From: Escherichia phage vB_EcoM_Skers
Strand: one strand, 5' to 3'
Sequence record: MW748999.1
DNA: 64,000 bases
The notes beneath the pieces are model-generated. The model did not search any database. It saw nothing but the letters and a program-made list of their open reading frames with translations, and had not been told where the DNA came from. Positions 58,697-64,000 of this stretch are shown here, one piece after another. Made by a program: the position numbers and the translations under genes. The stretch's first letter is position 1. Every line of letters starts with the position of its first letter.

Positions 58697-59173
58697 TTAA
58701 TCATGACCGTGATTTGCAATATCCGCTCGCGTCTTATCTTTGTGATTTCCTACGTCAAAGACACGATAACCATTTTCACGCAAAACTTTAATCACTTCTG
58801 GGTTATCCTCAAAGACTCCGACAACTTCATCTTTATCAAAGGATTTAATTACCTCTAATTTGATGTGATAATCTTTACGGGAATCGGTACGGCCTCTCAT
58901 AAAGATTTTATCAAAACACACCCCGTTAGAAATTAACCAATCAATTGTTTCCATGTAAGCATGTGAACTTCGTCCGGTGAGGATGTAAATCAAATGCCCG
59001 TTGTCGGAAAGAGCATTAATAACACGAATTACATCGTAAATGGGGGAATCTCCCCCACATGCCTTGTTATATTCGATCCATGACTCGACTTTATCAAGAT
59101 TTTCGGTTGGCATCTTTGCTAGTCGATGTGTTGGATCTGTGATCGTAAAATCTAAATCGACAAAATATATCAT
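58697..59173 (-). CDS. HAD-superfamily phosphatase-like protein
   Basis: 158 aa; HAD motif I FVDLDFTIT (D-x-D-x-T), ILTGRS, and C-terminal FEDNPE; follows nrdB. Confidence 0.6.
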   Translation of the reverse strand: MIYFVDLDFTITDPTHRLAKMPTENLDKVESWIEYNKACGGDSPIYDVIRVINALSDNGHLIYILTGRSSHAYMETIDWLISNGVCFDKIFMRGRTDSRKDYHIKLEVIKSFDKDEVVGVFEDNPEVIKVLRENGYRVFDVGNHKDKTRADIANHGHD

Positions 59174-60357
59174 AGATATTTACCGAATCGGTTGTAGTCA
59201 TCGTCTGTTAAATCGGTATTAACCTGAGACACCAGATACATAATCTCTACTTCTTGCGCCGCGTTTTGAACTTCGTCAGAGTTTAACCACTTACGCATCC
59301 ACGGTAACGGATGACGACGAACACTAAACGGGCTTTTCAGTCCGACAGCACGCATACGGGAATCTGCCAGGTATTCTACATAGGTTTTCAGAATTTCCGG
59401 TGACAGGTTAGGAATTGCCCCCATTGCGAATAGGTGGTCTACCCATTCTTTTTCTTGCTCGACAACATCCAGAAAGATTTTCGTTGCTTCGCCTTCAAGT
59501 TCTTCCGCAATCTGTTTCCACTCATCACCATCACCCCCCGTTTGCCATTGACGAATAATGTATTGTGTGCCTTTTAAATGAAGTTGTTCATCACGCGCAA
59601 TAAATTTCATGATCTTCGCGTTACCTTCCAGTAAACCACGTTCGGCAAAGCTGAAAGTACATGCAAAGGACACATAAAAACGGATTGCTTCCAGTGCATT
59701 GACGCAGTGTGCACACAGATAAATCGAAGCCATCAGATCTCGTTTTGTATCTTCAAAAAATCTTCTTGCATCATCTAATTCTGTCTGATCGTCTCGTTCT
59801 TCCCAATAGTGGTGGAGAACTTCTTCTTCCCAATAGCGGAGATCTTCTTTTGCATTCTCATACTTACGAATCCAATAAAGAACATCATCATAATATTTCC
59901 CGATAGATTCCGCTCGCTTCATGATAGCAGGGTTATCGATGATCTGGTCGAACTCACTAGCCGGATCAATGAAACAGTTACGCATAATGTGTGTATAGCT
60001 TCGGCTATGAATCGTTTCGCTGAATGTCCATGTTTGCAACCATGTATCGAGAGTTGGATCAGATACAATTGGACCAAATGCTGCGGACGGTGCGCGACCT
60101 TGAATAGAATCAAGTAATGTCTGATACTTCAAGTTTTCGGTAAAGAAACGCTTTTCAACGTCACCCATATTAAGATATTGTATGCGGTCGGTTGCAAGTG
60201 AAATCTCTTCGGGACGCCAGAAAAATGACAATTGCTTTTCGATCAGTTCTTCAAATACTTGATGACGCTGAATATCATAGCGAGCGATACCCAACCCACT
60301 ACCCAGAAACATCGGTTCGTTCATAATATCAACATGTTCGCGGTTAAATACGCTCAT
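59170..60357 (-). CDS. nrdB: ribonucleotide reductase class Ia small subunit
   Basis: 395 aa (T4 NrdB 388 aa); di-iron/tyrosyl radical protein pattern; continuous ORF with no sign of an intron. Confidence 0.95.
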   Translation of the reverse strand: MSVFNREHVDIMNEPMFLGSGLGIARYDIQRHQVFEELIEKQLSFFWRPEEISLATDRIQYLNMGDVEKRFFTENLKYQTLLDSIQGRAPSAAFGPIVSDPTLDTWLQTWTFSETIHSRSYTHIMRNCFIDPASEFDQIIDNPAIMKRAESIGKYYDDVLYWIRKYENAKEDLRYWEEEVLHHYWEERDDQTELDDARRFFEDTKRDLMASIYLCAHCVNALEAIRFYVSFACTFSFAERGLLEGNAKIMKFIARDEQLHLKGTQYIIRQWQTGGDGDEWKQIAEELEGEATKIFLDVVEQEKEWVDHLFAMGAIPNLSPEILKTYVEYLADSRMRAVGLKSPFSVRRHPLPWMRKWLNSDEVQNAAQEVEIMYLVSQVNTDLTDDDYNRFGKYL

Positions 60358-60372
60358 TAATTCACCTCACTA

Positions 60373-60540
60373 TCACTTTTTAACACAAAAGAACTTAGTA
60401 TTTCTGTTTATTTCGTTATCCTGTTGCAATTCCTGCACGGCTTCAAAACAGCTTTGATGTGATGAAAACTCCACGCTGGTAACAGTTCCTTTATTATATG
60501 ATCCTACGCTAACGGAAAGCAATAACCATAATGTAGCCAT
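60373..60540 (-). CDS. hypothetical small protein with hydrophobic N-terminus, tandem paralog 2 (about 55 aa)
   Basis: hand-translated (MATLWLLLSVSVGSYNKGTVTSVEFSSHQSCFEAV...FFCVKK); TAATG-coupled to upstream paralog; GAGGTGA SD of nrdB follows; below track cutoff. Confidence 0.4.
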   Translation of the reverse strand: MATLWLLLSVSVGSYNKGTVTSVEFSSHQSCFEAVQELQQDNEINRNTKFFCVKK

Positions 60541-60713
60541 TAGTTCACCTTTTGTTTTTCAACGCAATATAGATTCATAAAGCGTTTATTGTCTTCACGG
60601 ATAATCTCGCGAGCTTTAACGCAATCCTGCTTTGTTGCAAACTCAATGCTTGACATATTTCCGTAATTATACATTGAATTGCTTATTGCAATCAATAACC
60701 ATACAGTAGCCAT
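60540..60713 (-). CDS. hypothetical small protein with hydrophobic N-terminus, tandem paralog 1 (about 57 aa)
   Basis: hand-translated (MATVWLLIAISNSMYNYGNMSSIEFATKQDCVKAR...LYCVEK); TAATG overlap with stop of ORF 60713..60943. Confidence 0.4.
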   Translation of the reverse strand: MATVWLLIAISNSMYNYGNMSSIEFATKQDCVKAREIIREDNKRFMNLYCVEKQKVN

Positions 60714-60880
60714 TATCCTACAACCTCAAAACATTTATCATCGGGAAGAATAGCCCATTCTACGCCGTATTCATCCTCAACGTAGTAGCAAGTCCCATCA
60801 TATCGAGCCTCATATACATCACCGACAACAAAGCTATCAGCTAGCTCAAAATCTACAGCAACACATTTTAATTTGGTCAT
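60713..60880 (-). CDS. hypothetical small acidic protein (about 55 aa)
   Basis: track ORF 60713..60943 with start at internal Met (MTKLKCVAVDF) right after PeSL leader. Confidence 0.5.
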   Translation of the reverse strand: MTKLKCVAVDFELADSFVVGDVYEARYDGTCYYVEDEYGVEWAILPDDKCFEVVG

Positions 60881-60948
60881 AATAAAATCCTCACTTGTTT
60901 TTGATGGTTGTATTATAGCGGGGATTTCTCCCCGCGTCAACACTTATT
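60881..60948 (-). promoter_or_regulatory. PeSL-like early promoter cassette
   Basis: minus-strand TTGACG - CGGGGAGAAATCCCCGC (palindromic 17-nt spacer) - TATAAT; leader ...AAGTGAGGATTTTATT-ATG; spacer hairpin is nearly the same sequence as the hairpin after gene 18. Confidence 0.65.
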
Positions 60949-63192
60949 TTACAGCTTGCAAGATGAGCACTCGCTAGCGTCTTCCGTACCATCTGCACCG
61001 TCGCGAACGTTCGCATAATACAGGGTTTTCAGACCGTAATGTTGAGCGAACAACATATCATCTAACACATCAGCAATATCGACTTTACCAGTCTTATAAG
61101 TGCTTGGATCATAGGATGTATTGGAACTAATCGCCTGATCTACAAACTTCTGCATGATCGCTGCCAGTGTCAGATAGGGCTTGTTACCTTTCTTGATCAG
61201 TGTCCAAAGCAGGTCAATAACATCAGCATTATTCTCTACGTTCGGAATAACCTGATTAAATTGCCCTTCTTTCGATCCTTTAACCGATACAATCCCGCGA
61301 GGCGGTTCAATACCGTTTGTGCTGTTAGATACCTGAGAAGACGACTCACAAGGCATCAGAGCCGAAAGCGTACTATTACGAATGCCATATTTTTTCAGGT
61401 CTTCGCGCAGTTCTTCCCAATCCATCTCATACACAGGATCAACCAGTTCATCTACTGTCTTTTTGTACCAGTCGATAGGCAGTTCACCGCGTCCATAACG
61501 TGTTTCGTGCATCAGTTCGCAAGCACCCTTCTCTTTAGCCAGTTGCACACTAGCCTTAATCAGAGCATATTGCAAGCGTTCAAACGTTTTATGCGTAAAC
61601 TCGTTAGCGTCTTCATATGTGAAGAAATTATCCGCTAGATATGACGCAAAGTTAGTAACACCAACACCCAGAGAGCGACGTTTTTTGGCTGTCAGAGCTT
61701 GTTCTACAGGATAATCCTGATAATCTAACAGGTTGTCAAGTGCACGCACCATAACCATAGCAATGCGTTCTACTTCTTCCATGTTTTCGATATCGAAATT
61801 ACCTAAAACATATGCTGCCAAAGTACATAGGCTGATCTCTGAATCATCACGCCCCATCGGTTTAGTAGGCAGAGCAATTTCACAACACAGGTTAGATTGT
61901 TTAATTGGTGCTACATTACGAATAAACGCCCCGTGATTGTTCATGTTGTCTGTGAATGTTGGGTAGATTCGACCAGTGTTAAAACGTTCAATTGCCACCG
62001 CTAAAAACAGGTCTTCGGCTTTAACACGAGTTTTACGAACACTCGGATCTTTTTCCAGTTTTTCGTAAAGCTGGCGGAAACCTTCCTCATCTCGGAAGTA
62101 CAGATCCCACAACAAGCCACCTGCAACATCTGGACTAAACAGAGTAATGTAATCCCGTTTAAGGAATCGCTCTACCATCAGGTTATTAATCTGTACGCCG
62201 TAGTCAAGATGGCGAATGCGGTTATCTTCCACGCCCTTATTGTTCTTTAACACAATCAGACTTTCAAACTCTAAATGCCACATTGGGTAATAGAGAGTCG
62301 CCGCCCCGCCACGAATACCGCCTTGTGAGCATGACTTAACGGCAGTCTGAAAATGTTTCCAGAATGGGATAACGCCAGTATGACGAACTTCACCATGCCC
62401 GATCTTAGATCCTTCCGCGCGAATCATGCCAGCGTTGATACCGATACCAGCACGCTTGCTAATATACTTGATGATTGCATTTGCTGTTTCGTTGATGCCC
62501 TGCAATGAGTCATCACTTTCAATCACCACACACGAACTAAATTGTCGTGTTGGAGTACGCACACCCGCCATAATCGGAGTAGGCAGAGAGATTTGCTTAT
62601 TCGCAACAGCATTATAAAAATCAATCACATGTTCAAGTCGATTTTCTGTCTCTTCTTGATGCAAACACATACCAATCAGCATATACGCAAATTGCGGTGT
62701 TTCGATGATTTTCTTAGTGCTGCGATCCTGAACAAGATATTTCTCTTTTAACTGCATCGCACCAGCATAGGTCATTTTAAAATCAAGTTTATGGTCGATG
62801 AATTTCTCCAGATATTCCACTTCTTCACGGGAATATTTTTGCAGAATTTCGCGATCATATTTTCCGGTTGCAATATTACGCTCAATATGGCTATAAAAAT
62901 CAATAGGTTGGAATTGACCGTATACTGATTTACGAAGCGCGAACATTGCAAGGTTACTTGCTACATATTGATAATCAGGCGTTTCTACAGTAATGTTATC
63001 TGCGGCGACCTTAATCAATACTTTCTGGATATCATTGGTAGACATACCTTCTGTCAGAAGTGGTTCAACCATATCAAACAATTCATATGGATCAACGTTA
63101 TGACCTTCGGCTGCCGCTTCCAGAATTTTCATTACTTTTTCTTTTTCAAACGGAACAGTCAGACCGGAAGACTTAACAACATTTTTAATCAT
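60949..63192 (-). CDS. nrdA: ribonucleotide reductase class Ia large subunit
   Basis: 747 aa (T4 NrdA 754 aa); N-terminal ATP-cone, active-site segment SNLCCEIALP; continuous ORF. Confidence 0.95.
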   Translation of the reverse strand: MIKNVVKSSGLTVPFEKEKVMKILEAAAEGHNVDPYELFDMVEPLLTEGMSTNDIQKVLIKVAADNITVETPDYQYVASNLAMFALRKSVYGQFQPIDFYSHIERNIATGKYDREILQKYSREEVEYLEKFIDHKLDFKMTYAGAMQLKEKYLVQDRSTKKIIETPQFAYMLIGMCLHQEETENRLEHVIDFYNAVANKQISLPTPIMAGVRTPTRQFSSCVVIESDDSLQGINETANAIIKYISKRAGIGINAGMIRAEGSKIGHGEVRHTGVIPFWKHFQTAVKSCSQGGIRGGAATLYYPMWHLEFESLIVLKNNKGVEDNRIRHLDYGVQINNLMVERFLKRDYITLFSPDVAGGLLWDLYFRDEEGFRQLYEKLEKDPSVRKTRVKAEDLFLAVAIERFNTGRIYPTFTDNMNNHGAFIRNVAPIKQSNLCCEIALPTKPMGRDDSEISLCTLAAYVLGNFDIENMEEVERIAMVMVRALDNLLDYQDYPVEQALTAKKRRSLGVGVTNFASYLADNFFTYEDANEFTHKTFERLQYALIKASVQLAKEKGACELMHETRYGRGELPIDWYKKTVDELVDPVYEMDWEELREDLKKYGIRNSTLSALMPCESSSQVSNSTNGIEPPRGIVSVKGSKEGQFNQVIPNVENNADVIDLLWTLIKKGNKPYLTLAAIMQKFVDQAISSNTSYDPSTYKTGKVDIADVLDDMLFAQHYGLKTLYYANVRDGADGTEDASECSSCKL

Positions 63193-63239
63193 ATTACCTC
63201 ACTTCATATTTTAGCAGGAACAAGTTTATCCTCCATATT

Positions 63240-63256
63240 GGGGGCTTTCGCCCCCT
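63240..63256. other. GC hairpin (GGGGGC-TTTC-GCCCCC) in the td-nrdA intergenic spacer
   Basis: read directly; on the coding (minus) strand it is not followed by a U-run, so more likely an RNA processing/stability element than a terminator. Confidence 0.4.
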
Positions 63257-63261
63257 TTTGT

Positions 63262-64000
63262 TTATACTGCCATTTGAGCGGTGATTGCTGGATGGCTTTG
63301 ATAGTTGTGAATTTTAAAGTCTTTCGGAGTCTTTGTCAATACCTCATCTAAAGACTTAAATTCCGGCAACTCAATTGTTGGTTTATCAAACGGAACACGG
63401 CTTAACTGTTCCATAACTTGATCAAAATGGTTTTTGTAAATGTGGCAATCCCCACACTGATAAACCAGTTCGCCAACTTCTAACCCGCAAATCTTCGCGA
63501 TGATATGCGTTAACAGTGCATAGCTCGCTACGTTGAACGGATTCCCTAAAAAGAGATCATTCGAACGCATGAAAAATAAACAACTCAATTTGTTGTCGTT
63601 GGAAACATAAAACTGTACCATCGGATGACATACACCTAACACAGCATTATGCGTTTCCTGTACGTTCCATGAATCAATGATAATACGACGACTATACGGA
63701 TCATTCTTGATCATGTCAATAACTTTTTGTAACTGGTCTTCCCAAATCTTCGGGCGATAGACATATTCTTCATCGTCTTTAGTGCTTGATGTGTCTACGT
63801 CCATACTAGCAAAGATCGTGGTATCTGGTGCTAAAATATCCCCACCCAGATAATCACTATCAAGCAGATAACCGAAATAACCATCATCTACCCATTCCTG
63901 GAATCCCCACAAGCAATATGCATCATTAACAAAATTAGATTGAGTCTTCCAGTGATCGGCTACTAAGAATTGATTATATTCAGAATCAAACTCTTCATAA
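63262..64000 (-). CDS. td: thymidylate synthase (3' portion; gene continues beyond the window edge)
   Basis: TS-family motifs DPYSRRIIIDSWN, LGVCHPMVQFYV (catalytic Cys), MRSNDLFLGNPFNVASYALL, C-terminus KDFKIHNYQSHPAITAQMAV like T4 Td (KDFVLNNYVSHPPIKGKMAV); the TTG start in the track is an artefact, the frame stays open to position 64000; carries an insertion of about 40 aa relative to T4/E. coli TS. Confidence 0.85.
   Translation of the reverse strand, partial: YEEFDSEYNQFLVADHWKTQSNFVNDAYCLWGFQEWVDDGYFGYLLDSDYLGGDILAPDTTIFASMDVDTSSTKDDEEYVYRPKIWEDQLQKVIDMIKNDPYSRRIIIDSWNVQETHNAVLGVCHPMVQFYVSNDNKLSCLFFMRSNDLFLGNPFNVASYALLTHIIAKICGLEVGELVYQCGDCHIYKNHFDQVMEQLSRVPFDKPTIELPEFKSLDEVLTKTPKDFKIHNYQSHPAITAQMAV

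Noticed and set aside
63262-63912. TTG start codon for td given by the ORF track at 63912
   Set aside because: The reading frame stays open upstream to the window edge and the encoded segment continues the thymidylate synthase sequence; the gene is 5'-truncated by the window, not starting at TTG.
59170-64000. Group I introns in nrdB or td as in T4
   Set aside because: nrdB and nrdA are single continuous ORFs of the expected length; the visible part of td is in frame throughout, with an extra ~40-aa coding insertion rather than an intron; nothing intron-like seen, though the 5' part of td is outside the window.

Overview
This window reads as a 64-kb stretch of a T4-like (Tevenvirinae-type) myovirus genome. 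All calls rest on reading the supplied translations and the DNA by eye against remembered T4 proteins; no database search was run. Coordinates not taken from the ORF track are hand-derived and may be off by 1-2 nt. Three blocks are recognisable. (1) Late structural/morphogenesis genes in near-T4 order: 4, 2 (minus), then 53-5-5.1-[HNH endonuclease]-5.4-6-7-8, then directly 17-18-19-20-67-68-21-22-23-24 (genes 9-16 are not between 8 and 17), hoc, uvsW, uvsW.1, uvsY, and baseplate hub genes 25-26-51-27-28-29-48-54. (2) alt plus a second ADP-ribosyltransferase, DNA ligase 30, a NADAR-domain protein, 31, cd, pseT, rnlA, denA, nrdB, nrdA and the 3' part of td. (3) Two hyperplastic early regions (about 42.9-50.2 kb and 57.6-60.9 kb) packed with small minus-strand genes, most preceded by a repeated ~70-bp cassette: near-consensus sigma70 promoter with a GC-rich stem-loop and a conserved leader ending GGAGAATCAAA-ATG, resembling the PeSL cassettes reported for phi1/RB49-type phages. 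Most notable inside these regions: a six-member paralogous small-protein family with a shared H-x-H-W motif, an operon encoding a truncated C5-methyltransferase-like protein with a zinc-ribbon protein and a DUF262/ParB-like protein, several duplicated small genes, and three homing-endonuclease-like genes. No tRNA, rRNA or CRISPR array was seen.
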